A stretch of DNA of 23,150 nt from Chitinivibrionales bacterium (GCA_038247415.1 JBBRUX010000057.1:1-23150), one strand, 5' to 3'; counted from the first letter of the stretch, positions 8,700 to 16,944 are shown. Numbers and translations: made by a program. Notes: generated by a model not told the origin, from the sequence alone.

Positions 8700-9827
8700 A
8701 TGAAATCCTCGCTATCTATTGTAATAGTCTCATTTTTTTTAGTTTTCGGAATCAGTTCTTGCACATTAATCCAGAACGCAGATGCCGTGAGTCATGACAA
8801 AATGACAGATACCGATTCCCTCCTAACCACGGGAATGTCAAATCCTGCGTTGGCTACTTTTGCCGGAGGATGCTTCTGGTGCACGGAGTCACAGTTCCAG
8901 ACTCAGCAAAAAGTCGATCCGGTAATTTCTGGGTACACTGGGGGAACTACAATTAATCCAACCTATCACGAAGTTGGATCGGGTACCACAGGCCATCTCG
9001 AATCGGTTGAGGTGCATTTCAATCCCGATTCCATTAGTTTCCTGAGTTTGCTCGACATTTTCTGGAAAAGTCAAGACCCTACCGATGCAACGGGACAATT
9101 TGTTGATCGGGGTTCTCCTTATGGTAGCGCCATTTTTTATCACGATTTATTGCAACGGGCGCAAGCATTGGCTACCGAAGCAAGTCTTGGCAAAAGCGGT
9201 ATCTTTTCTAAACCGTTGATCACGCGAATCGAAGCGGCCTCGGTTTTTTATCCTGCTGAGGATTATCATCAAGATTTCTACCTCAAAGATCCCACCCGCT
9301 ATCACCAGTATCGCAGCGGATCGGGCCGAGATCAGTTTATCGCTCAGATCTGGACGGGTAAAAACTGGCACGCAGATTTACTTGAGGTTGACACCTTTTC
9401 CCGACCTTCCGAGAGCGATATACAGAAATTACTCACGCCTTTACAGTATCAGGTATCGCAACAAAGTGCCACAGAGCAATCATTCCATAACGCCTACTTC
9501 GACAACCATGCCGAAGGTATTTATGTTGACATTGTTTCTGCACAACCACTCTTTTGTTCGATTGACAAATTTGAGTCAGGCACTGGCTGGCCAAGCTTCA
9601 CCCGGCCTATCGATGGGTCCGCAGTGAGCGAAGTTACCGATTCCAGCTTCGGCACAACTCGCACTGAAGTTCGCAGTACCGTGGCTAATTCGCATCTGGG
9701 CCATGTGTTCGACGATGGTCCGGCACCAACACATCAGCGCTATTGCATCAATTCAGCGTCGCTACTGTTTATACCCAAGGCACAGCTGACAGCGCAAGGC
9801 TATGGGCGATATCGAGGACGTTTTTAA
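8700..9827 (+). CDS. msrAB: Bifunctional peptide-methionine sulfoxide reductase MsrA-MsrB, predicted lipoprotein
   Basis: CAGGAG RBS; lipobox-like GISSC. MsrA: FAGGCFWC, SGYTGG, GTTGHLE, GQFVDRG, FYPAEDYHQDFY. MsrB: LTPLQYQV, GIYVDIVS, KFESGTGWPSF, RTEVRS, HLGHVFDDGP, RYCINSASL. Confidence 0.96.
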   Translation: MKSSLSIVIVSFFLVFGISSCTLIQNADAVSHDKMTDTDSLLTTGMSNPALATFAGGCFWCTESQFQTQQKVDPVISGYTGGTTINPTYHEVGSGTTGHLESVEVHFNPDSISFLSLLDIFWKSQDPTDATGQFVDRGSPYGSAIFYHDLLQRAQALATEASLGKSGIFSKPLITRIEAASVFYPAEDYHQDFYLKDPTRYHQYRSGSGRDQFIAQIWTGKNWHADLLEVDTFSRPSESDIQKLLTPLQYQVSQQSATEQSFHNAYFDNHAEGIYVDIVSAQPLFCSIDKFESGTGWPSFTRPIDGSAVSEVTDSSFGTTRTEVRSTVANSHLGHVFDDGPAPTHQRYCINSASLLFIPKAQLTAQGYGRYRGRF

Positions 9828-9853
9828 ATAATTTCAGCTGGATGCAAAGGTTT

Positions 9854-9883
9854 TTGTAAGGTTTGAATAAATCAATCGACTAC
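9854..9883 (+). promoter_or_regulatory. Putative ECF-sigma promoter upstream of the tandem-domain lipoprotein
   Basis: TTGTAAGGTTTG-N10-TCGACTAC, with both boxes identical to 8632-8662. Confidence 0.75.
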
Positions 9884-10000
9884 GTGTTTTGAGGTTGAAA
9901 AAAGTAAACGCAGATTTTGTTCAACAAATATGAAAAATCAAGTTCAGTGAGTTTCAAGTAGTTCTTTGGTTCAATAAACAATATAATGTTGGAGGATATC

Positions 10001-10870
10001 ATGAAGAAGCTTCTTTTTTTGTCTATAGCAAGCGGGCTCCTAGCTGCATCTTGCTCAAATCCGGCCAAGCCTACGGGCAATGCAACCTTAACGATAACCG
10101 GAGAGGGACTTTCGAATGTAGGTAGTGCCTGGGCATATGAAGGATGGATACTGGTAAATGGAACACCACGCTCAACAGGGATTTTTTCCGTTAACGATGC
10201 CGGTGTACTTTCCAAGTCAATGTTTAGCGTCGATAAAGACAATCTTGCTGCTGCAACAGCATTCATTGTAACCATTGAACCTTGCCCTGATCCCGATCCT
10301 TTGCCCTCTGCAACACATATCATGGCTGGTGATTTTTCCGGCTCCTCTGCAATGCTTGGCGTTTCACATAGTGCGGCTTTGGGCACTGATTTTGGCACCG
10401 TTTCGGGCAAATATATTCTTGCAACGCCGGCAGATGGCGAGAATACTAACGAGCTAAGCGGTATTTGGTGGCTAGACGGTTCGGGACCTGCGGCAGGATT
10501 AACGTTGCCAACCTTGCCAGCGGGTTGGAAATATGAAGGTTGGGTTGTAATAAATAGTATTCCAGTTTCCACTGGTCGCTTCACCCTAGCTACGGCTGCA
10601 GATGAATCACATATTTATTCCGGAATGGGAGCCACCCCACCCTTTCCTGGTGAGGATTTTCTTGCTAATGCACCTGCAGGCCTGAACTTCCCTACAAACC
10701 TTTCTGGCGGAAAAGCTGTGATCTCAGTTGAACCCGACCCCGATAACAGTCCTCTGCCTTTCACCATCAAACCATTAGCAGCTGATATTCCTTCCCCGGC
10801 AATGGATCATACGACTTATGTATTGAGTCACCCCATGGATCATCTCCCTGGTGGCATGGCCTCGCGCTAG
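10001..10870 (+). CDS. Lipoprotein with two repeated domains resembling the extracytoplasmic RskA-type domain
   Basis: GGAGG RBS at 9991-9995 favours ATG 10001; MKK...LAASC lipobox. Internal repeat: YEGWILVNGTPRSTGIF...VTIEP and YEGWVVINSIPVSTGRF...ISVEP. Confidence 0.75.
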   Translation: MKKLLFLSIASGLLAASCSNPAKPTGNATLTITGEGLSNVGSAWAYEGWILVNGTPRSTGIFSVNDAGVLSKSMFSVDKDNLAAATAFIVTIEPCPDPDPLPSATHIMAGDFSGSSAMLGVSHSAALGTDFGTVSGKYILATPADGENTNELSGIWWLDGSGPAAGLTLPTLPAGWKYEGWVVINSIPVSTGRFTLATAADESHIYSGMGATPPFPGEDFLANAPAGLNFPTNLSGGKAVISVEPDPDNSPLPFTIKPLAADIPSPAMDHTTYVLSHPMDHLPGGMASR

Positions 10871-10875
10871 TATTG

Positions 10876-10920
10876 GCGAATCTGTCGGGAATGGCGTTGT
10901 TCCGGCAGATTTGCATTCTT
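10876..10920 (+). terminator. Long hairpin after the lipoprotein gene; possible terminator or transcript-stabilising stem
   Basis: GCGAATCTGTCGGGA / TTCCGGCAGATTTGC: 15-bp stem with G-U pairs, followed by only a weak T tract (ATTCTT). Confidence 0.5.
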
Positions 10921-10987
10921 GATAATAAACTATATTTGATGGTCTCTGTTACTATCAGTCAAAGACCGTCAGTTAAGGAAGTACACT

Positions 10988-11794
10988 ATGCGTATCAAAA
11001 TTGCTTTTCTGTTTAGTGTTTTTTTAGCGATACCTAGCTATTCAGATTTTGAATTCAAGCCCGGGCTCCTTTCGGTTACGGCAGGATCCTGGGTGGTCTT
11101 TCCCGATGCAGCACCCGACAAGCCGCTCTATTTTAATAAGGCTGCACTCGATTTTTATTACTCCCTAGGACCCATCAGCGGCGAGATTGCCTTGCCGGCT
11201 GCTTGGACTATTGTAAGCAGTCCTTCTAATCGGCGGTTTTTTCTGGGAGATGCTTTGCTGTATTTCGGCCATCGATTTTCTCATGTTGAGCCACGAATTG
11301 GATTGGTGATTCCTCTTGGATATGGGCTTGACACCAACTGGAAAAGTAAAACCTGGATTGGAACCAATAACCTCAAGCTCCAATTCGGACTTGCGTATAG
11401 CCGATCTGCCGAGGAGCTAAATGGTTTTCCACTCAGTATCGAAGTAACGGTTTCAACGCCCATTACTGAGAAAAATAGCTTTTTAAAAATAGGAAGTTAT
11501 GGTGGTTCACTTCTGGGCAAAACCTCCTGGCAATTAAATAATCAGTTGACGCTTGGCGCACAGGCACTCGTATCGTTATCGTACGCCGCGTGGACATGGT
11601 ATCAGGATGAAACTTCGGAAACCTCGCTTGGTCTCATGCCACTTATCAACAGCCAAATTGATTTTCGCAGCAATCTTTTTCTTTCGGTAAGCGCCGGATT
11701 CGGCCCGACCTTCAAGGCAACAAGCCCATCCTCTTCGCTCAGTTTTACCAGCAACTCTCTTAATGTTTCTGTGGGACTTAATTATTACCCATAA
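10988..11794 (+). CDS. Hypothetical exported protein, probable outer-membrane beta-barrel
   Basis: AAGGA RBS; signal peptide; alternating amphipathic strands rich in aromatics; C-terminus LNVSVGLNYYP resembles a beta-signal. Confidence 0.6.
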   Translation: MRIKIAFLFSVFLAIPSYSDFEFKPGLLSVTAGSWVVFPDAAPDKPLYFNKAALDFYYSLGPISGEIALPAAWTIVSSPSNRRFFLGDALLYFGHRFSHVEPRIGLVIPLGYGLDTNWKSKTWIGTNNLKLQFGLAYSRSAEELNGFPLSIEVTVSTPITEKNSFLKIGSYGGSLLGKTSWQLNNQLTLGAQALVSLSYAAWTWYQDETSETSLGLMPLINSQIDFRSNLFLSVSAGFGPTFKATSPSSSLSFTSNSLNVSVGLNYYP

Positions 11795-11826
11795 TCTATC
11801 TTTTACTTTTTCAAAAAAGGGTACCT

Positions 11827-12162
11827 ATGTCATCAACGTACTACGAAACGAAAGATCTTGCAGACTTTCCCAACATCGGCGAATTTGCGCCAACGCAAGG
11901 CAAAGCTTTTTTTGACTACTATGCAGTCGCAACCGGCCCCGGTGCGCTTACCGAGCGGGAAAAATCACTCATTGCATTGGCTGTTGCCACGGTACGTCAT
12001 TGTCCCTATTGCATCGACGCCTACACCAACAAGTGTTTGTCACTTGGGGTAAGTAACGACGAGATGATGGAAGCGATACATGTGGGTGCAGCAATGGTTG
12101 CTGGTGATGTTCTTGCCCATGCCACGCAGGCACGGAAAATTATTAAAAAGAAAGAGATGTGA
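11827..12162 (+). CDS. AhpD/carboxymuconolactone-decarboxylase-like protein, arsenosugar-associated type (TIGR04169-like)
   Basis: TYYETKDL, GALTEREKSLIALAVA, CPYCIDAYT (CxxC), MMEAIHV; directly upstream of arsS. Confidence 0.9.
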   Translation: MSSTYYETKDLADFPNIGEFAPTQGKAFFDYYAVATGPGALTEREKSLIALAVATVRHCPYCIDAYTNKCLSLGVSNDEMMEAIHVGAAMVAGDVLAHATQARKIIKKKEM

Positions 12163-12163
12163 T

Positions 12164-13129
12164 GTGACATTTCTTTCTTTTTCCAATAAACTCGAGCAAT
12201 TTGGCTTATTTCCCTTGACTGCTCGGGATGTAAGTATCTTGCAGATTAATGTAGGGCGAAAATGCAATCTTGCCTGCAAACACTGCCATTTAAAGGCGGG
12301 GCCCAGCCGCACAGAAATCATGCCGCGTGAAGTTCTCGAAAGCTGTCTTACCGTAGCGCGAGATCCAGCTATTACGATAATCGATATAACCGGCGGCGCA
12401 CCCGAAATGAACCCAGATCTTGAATGGTTTATTTCGGAAGTTGCCACACTTGGTAAACGATTGATTGTACGCTCGAATTTGGTGATCTTATTAGACGATG
12501 CGTATACTAAATTTATTGAGATTTACAGCCGCAATAAAGTTGAGATTGTCGGATCGCTGCCAGATTTACACCAGGAACGTAACGACCGGCAGCGTGGTGC
12601 GGGCGTATTTGCACATGAAATTAGAGCCCTTCGTCTTTTAAACGAGCACGGTTATGGCCAAAGCACCAGCGGATTAATCCTTGATCTTGTGCATAATCCT
12701 GTTGGCGCCTTTTTGCCCGGTTCGCAAAAAGCTCTAGAACACGAGTACAAAAACAAACTGCAAACCGACTACGGAATACAGTTCAACAATTTATACTGCC
12801 TAACCAATAATCCTACCGGTCGTTATGTGGACTATCTCAAATCTACGGATAATTACGAAGAATACATGGAGGCTCTTGTCAACGCGTTCAATCCGTGCGC
12901 TGCGAACGAGGTCATGTGCCGTTCCACGATTTCGGTAGGATGGGATGGCACCTTGTACGATTGTGATTTCAATCAAGCGCTCGAATTATCGATTAATCAT
13001 GGTACTCCCAATACAATTGTTCATTTTAATGCTTTGGAGCTTTGCAATCGCGAAATTGTAATTGCAGACCATTGTTATGCATGTACTGCCGGCGCAGGTT
13101 CCTCGTGTCAAGGTGCTTTAAGCGTATGA
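12164..13129 (+). CDS. arsS: Arsenosugar biosynthesis radical SAM protein ArsS (TIGR04167 / DUF3641 C-terminus)
   Basis: GTG 12164 chosen, 1 nt after the upstream stop. LQINVGRKCNLACKHCH (CxxxCxxC), DITGGAPEMNP, VRSNL, DRQRGAGVF, VMCRSTISVGWDGTLYDCDFNQ, HCYACTAGAGSSCQG. Confidence 0.92.
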   Translation: MTFLSFSNKLEQFGLFPLTARDVSILQINVGRKCNLACKHCHLKAGPSRTEIMPREVLESCLTVARDPAITIIDITGGAPEMNPDLEWFISEVATLGKRLIVRSNLVILLDDAYTKFIEIYSRNKVEIVGSLPDLHQERNDRQRGAGVFAHEIRALRLLNEHGYGQSTSGLILDLVHNPVGAFLPGSQKALEHEYKNKLQTDYGIQFNNLYCLTNNPTGRYVDYLKSTDNYEEYMEALVNAFNPCAANEVMCRSTISVGWDGTLYDCDFNQALELSINHGTPNTIVHFNALELCNREIVIADHCYACTAGAGSSCQGALSV

Positions 13130-14382
13130 CAAACTATGTAATTATCGGAAACGGAATCACGGGCATTACCGCTGCTCGCTGTATCCGCAAAAATGACCCG
13201 TCGGGTTTAATAACCGTTATCTCTGGCGAGTCGGATTATTTTTATTCTCGTACTGCTCTCATGTACGTTTTTATGAAACGTCTGAACCGCAAGGATACCG
13301 AACCATACGAGCGTCGGTTTTATCCTCAAAACCGCATTGATCTGATCAGGAACACCGTAACATCACTTGACACAAGTGCCAAGCAGCTCACGCTTTTTTC
13401 GGGCCCAAGCATTGCCTTTGACAAATTGCTCATAGCCACAGGGTCACAACCCAATAAGATTTCCCTGCCCGGGTCAGACCTGCCCGGCGTTGTTAGTTTT
13501 TATGGCCTGTCCGATTTGCAGGATATGGAAAAAGCAGCCAAAAATGCACGATCGGCGCTGGTTGTCGGCGGTGGCCTTATTGGTATCGAAATGGTTGAAA
13601 TGCTCGTGCATCGCGGCATTCAAGTGACATACCTGCTGCGCGAACCGGTTTACTTTCCGCAAGCACTCTCCGCGCAGGAAAGCGAAATCGCCCTTGCAAC
13701 CATGCGTGCCCATGGTGTTACTATTATTGCAGGTGATGAGCTCGATCGAATCGAAAAATCTGATAATTGGATACGTACCTGTGTCACGAAGAAAGGTACA
13801 GTTGTGGCGTGCGACATGGTAGGTATTGCAATTGGAGTTTCTCCCAATGTGTCATTCCTCGCGCACAGTGCTATTGCTACAAAAAGGGGCATTCTGGTTA
13901 ACCCTTCACTCCAAACCAATGTTCCAGATATTTTTGCTGCCGGCGATTGTGCAGAATTGTCGTGGAAGCCAATTGACAAGTCCGGCCGTTTGGAACAACT
14001 CTGGTACACCGGAAAAATGCAGGGAGAAATTGCCGGGTGCAACATGGCTGGTCAATCCCGGGTGTATGACCGTGGTGTCAAGTTCAACAGCGCCCAGTTT
14101 ATGGATATTAATTACCATACATTCGGAGAGGTAAACGGCAGATTGCCTGGTGAATCCGATTTGTTTTTCCGTATTCCAAACCAATTAAAAAGTCTTCGAT
14201 TAGTCTTGAAAGACAATCGAGTGATTGGCATAAATGTATTGGGGCTTCGATTTCGCGATGCCGTCTGCCGACAGTGGATCAGAGATGGACTCTCGCCCGA
14301 TACGGTACTTGCCCAGCTCAAGGATGCTTGGTTTGAACCTGAATTTACCCCGTACTGCCTCAAGGAGGTTTCCCATGCGTAA
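13126..14382 (+). CDS. NAD(P)/FAD-dependent oxidoreductase (pyridine nucleotide-disulphide / rubredoxin-reductase-like fold)
   Basis: ATGA overlap with the arsS stop; IIGNGITG, LLIATGS, VVGGGLIGIE, IFAAGDC. Confidence 0.9.
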   Translation: MTNYVIIGNGITGITAARCIRKNDPSGLITVISGESDYFYSRTALMYVFMKRLNRKDTEPYERRFYPQNRIDLIRNTVTSLDTSAKQLTLFSGPSIAFDKLLIATGSQPNKISLPGSDLPGVVSFYGLSDLQDMEKAAKNARSALVVGGGLIGIEMVEMLVHRGIQVTYLLREPVYFPQALSAQESEIALATMRAHGVTIIAGDELDRIEKSDNWIRTCVTKKGTVVACDMVGIAIGVSPNVSFLAHSAIATKRGILVNPSLQTNVPDIFAAGDCAELSWKPIDKSGRLEQLWYTGKMQGEIAGCNMAGQSRVYDRGVKFNSAQFMDINYHTFGEVNGRLPGESDLFFRIPNQLKSLRLVLKDNRVIGINVLGLRFRDAVCRQWIRDGLSPDTVLAQLKDAWFEPEFTPYCLKEVSHA

Positions 14383-15394
14383 TCGGGGTTATTCTGCATA
14401 TATTCTGGCGGCTTTACTTATAGGTTTTTACAGCATTCTCTATTGGACAGAACTATTTTCACCGTTTGCGCATGCTCTGTTTGGAAAAGACAAGTGGTTT
14501 CTCTACGGCAGTCTTTACACGCTTGCCATACTCATCATGGGTGTACGGTTTATCTTTAAACATCGGGACAGCCGCTATCAAATTCTCCGGACAGTAAGCA
14601 TTATGGTGGTTCAGGTTGTTTTTGCTTTTGCAATCCCAATTGTTTTGTCGGCATTCAAACAGAAACAATTTTTCTTTTCTTATCTCTGGCCATTGAAAAT
14701 AGAATATTTTTACCCTCAAGTAATTATGTCGTATCCTTTACCTATTGTAATATACAGTTTTGCAGCATCGCTTATTGTAATGCCAATTCTTGGGTATTTT
14801 TACGGCAAACGCTGGTATTGTTCCTGGAGCTGCGGTTGTGGTGGATTAGCCAATACCTTTGGCGATCCGTTTCGGCATCTATCATCCAAAACACTCTTAT
14901 CCTGGAAGTTTGAGCGCTATTCAATCCACGCGACCTTGATACTTGCTATTTGTACTACCATCATCATTATCCTCGATAATTCGATCGGAAGAAACCTCCC
15001 TGCCTTTCATTCTTTCGCGATTGTTATTCAATATTGGTACGGATTTATTATAGGAGCAATCCTGTCTGGCATTGTGGGTGTTGGTTTTTATCCTCTTTTA
15101 GGTACGCGCGTCTGGTGCCGATTCTTTTGCCCGATGGCGGCACTTCTGGGAATTATACAGCGCTCTTTCGGCCGGTTTCGAATTACGACAAACGGGGCGC
15201 TCTGCATGGAGTGCGGACTCTGTTCCAAGTATTGCGAAATGGGCATTGACGTTCGCAGCTACGCTCAAAAAGGCCACGACATTAAACGCGCGAGTTGTGT
15301 TGGATGCGGAATATGCGCGCATGTTTGTCCCCGTGGCGTGCTCAAATTGGAATCTACTTTGTCGAGATCCGACGGTCCCCATGGGGTAAAGTAA
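14375..15394 (+). CDS. Membrane-bound 4Fe-4S protein (NapH/FixG-like polyferredoxin)
   Basis: AAGGAGG RBS; several TM helices; RWYCSWSCGCGG and RVWCRFFCP motifs; two ferredoxin motifs, CMECGLCSKYC and CVGCGICAHVCP. Confidence 0.9.
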   Translation: MRNRGYSAYILAALLIGFYSILYWTELFSPFAHALFGKDKWFLYGSLYTLAILIMGVRFIFKHRDSRYQILRTVSIMVVQVVFAFAIPIVLSAFKQKQFFFSYLWPLKIEYFYPQVIMSYPLPIVIYSFAASLIVMPILGYFYGKRWYCSWSCGCGGLANTFGDPFRHLSSKTLLSWKFERYSIHATLILAICTTIIIILDNSIGRNLPAFHSFAIVIQYWYGFIIGAILSGIVGVGFYPLLGTRVWCRFFCPMAALLGIIQRSFGRFRITTNGALCMECGLCSKYCEMGIDVRSYAQKGHDIKRASCVGCGICAHVCPRGVLKLESTLSRSDGPHGVK

Positions 15395-15437
15395 GGGTGT
15401 ATCGCAATACGCCCATGATTCGGCAATACCCCCTTAC
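15391..15437. repeat. REP-like imperfect palindrome
   Basis: GTAAGGGTGTATCGCAATACGCCC...GCAATACCCCCTTAC: 15-bp outer stem with 2 mismatches, or an alternative inner GGGTGTAT/ATACGCCC stem; resembles GTAG-type REPs. Confidence 0.55.
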
Positions 15438-15536
15438 TATGCCCCATGATTCGCATAAATCATTCGTACTAGTATATTTTACAGTTCTATAAGATCTTGG
15501 ATTTACGGCTCAATCTAGATAAAACAAAGGAAATTG

Positions 15537-16874
15537 ATGCAAAAGCTTCCCAAACACGCATATGTATTGCTAATTAGTATCGTTTCAGTGTTTTTGACAA
15601 GCTGTGGATATTTCAAAATGTGCGCCTACCGGTATAAGCTCAAAGGCACCATGAATATTTCGCCTTCACAAAGCGTTAAAAAAGAATTGGACACAGAATC
15701 AAACAGCATTATTTATGGCGAAATAAATTCGGTATTTCCAATGAAAGGCATTATTGCTGTTGTGGCAATTTCATTTAAATATGGCAAGCAAGAAATTGTA
15801 GCATCATCGTTTCTCTGTGACAAAGGCTATTATAGCATGCTTGTTCCGCCGGGAGAGTATCAACTGCTAACGTTTCTTGATATTAATAAAGACAATGTTT
15901 TTACCGCACATGAGTGTGTCGGCTATTTTTGGGAAAAAAACGATACCACCGCACACATAAATATTATGTCAAAAAAAGACCAACTCTTCTATAAAAGAGC
16001 CGACATGCTTATTTCATCAAGAATGCCCATCAATATTGAACGACCCATTTTTCTAAAGCTCCCCTCTTCTTTTGTATGCTGCCCATCAAAAACGTATCCA
16101 GCAGAAGTTTTACGAAGATTAAATGATTCCCTTTTTTCTCCCGATGTTGCGACGCTCGGTGTTTACAACACAGTGCATTTTTCAAATCTTTCCGGACTTT
16201 ATTTGTATGCTTTATCGGAGCGAGATTTTAGCAAAACTCCGGTTATTTTCGTGCATGGGTATGGCGGAACGCCACGCGAGTTTTCTTTCTTAGTACAAAC
16301 GCTGGATACAACCAAATACCAGCCTTTTTTCTTCTATTATCCAACAGGCATGGATCTGCATAAGTCATCTCAAATACTGTACGAAATATTCTTTTCTGGG
16401 AACATTTTCCATATGAATAAGCCATTTGTTGTCATTGCTCACAGTATGGGAGGCCTTGTTGCTCGTGCGGCTCTGAATCTGTACTCTACGCTTAGTAAAT
16501 CGACCTACCCCGTAGAATTTATATCGTTATGCACGCCCTACAAAGGATCGGATAAAGCATCCGAAAGCCTTAATTCCGCTCCAGTAATAATTGAATCTTG
16601 GCGAGACATTGCTGCGGGGAGTGACTTTTTGCAAGAACTGTATCAAACGAAATTAGCAAAAGGTATCCAATTCAGTCTTATATTTTGCTATAAAAGCCAA
16701 GGGTCATTAAACAAAAAAGAATACAGCGATGGCACCATTTCTTTGTCAAGTCAGTTGTTTGAACTAGCCCAGCAATCAGCCACAACAGTGCTTGGGTTCA
16801 ACGAAACACACACAAGCGTTCTCACAAGTAAATCCGTGGCCGATCAAATCGGCATAATCATGAAACGGCAATGA
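15537..16874 (+). CDS. Alpha/beta-hydrolase (lipase/esterase-like) lipoprotein
   Basis: Lipobox LTSC; VIFVHGYGG oxyanion region; AHSMGG nucleophile elbow; SDGTI (Asp) and ETHTSVL (His). Confidence 0.85.
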   Translation: MQKLPKHAYVLLISIVSVFLTSCGYFKMCAYRYKLKGTMNISPSQSVKKELDTESNSIIYGEINSVFPMKGIIAVVAISFKYGKQEIVASSFLCDKGYYSMLVPPGEYQLLTFLDINKDNVFTAHECVGYFWEKNDTTAHINIMSKKDQLFYKRADMLISSRMPINIERPIFLKLPSSFVCCPSKTYPAEVLRRLNDSLFSPDVATLGVYNTVHFSNLSGLYLYALSERDFSKTPVIFVHGYGGTPREFSFLVQTLDTTKYQPFFFYYPTGMDLHKSSQILYEIFFSGNIFHMNKPFVVIAHSMGGLVARAALNLYSTLSKSTYPVEFISLCTPYKGSDKASESLNSAPVIIESWRDIAAGSDFLQELYQTKLAKGIQFSLIFCYKSQGSLNKKEYSDGTISLSSQLFELAQQSATTVLGFNETHTSVLTSKSVADQIGIIMKRQ

Positions 16875-16944
16875 TCCCAATAATTCGCTCGAATCAATCG
16901 TAATGGGTACAATTTCCATCGAGACAACCCCATCGGTGCGAATT

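Noticed and set aside
9880..10584. 234-aa minus-strand ORF
   Set aside because: Antisense shadow of the lipoprotein gene; no recognisable motifs.
13090..13129. Selenocysteine in ArsS (some family members have Sec in the C-terminal GSS-C/U motif)
   Set aside because: The codon is TGT (Cys). The TGA at 13127-13129 is the natural end and overlaps the next ATG.
12080..14374. Long N-terminal extensions given by the ORF track (12080, 13042, 14234)
   Set aside because: They overlap upstream genes; coupled starts at 12164, 13126 and 14375 fit the RBS and family N-termini better.
15391..15460. CRISPR array or tRNA in the repeat-containing intergenic region
   Set aside because: No regular repeat-spacer periodicity, no cas genes and no cloverleaf.
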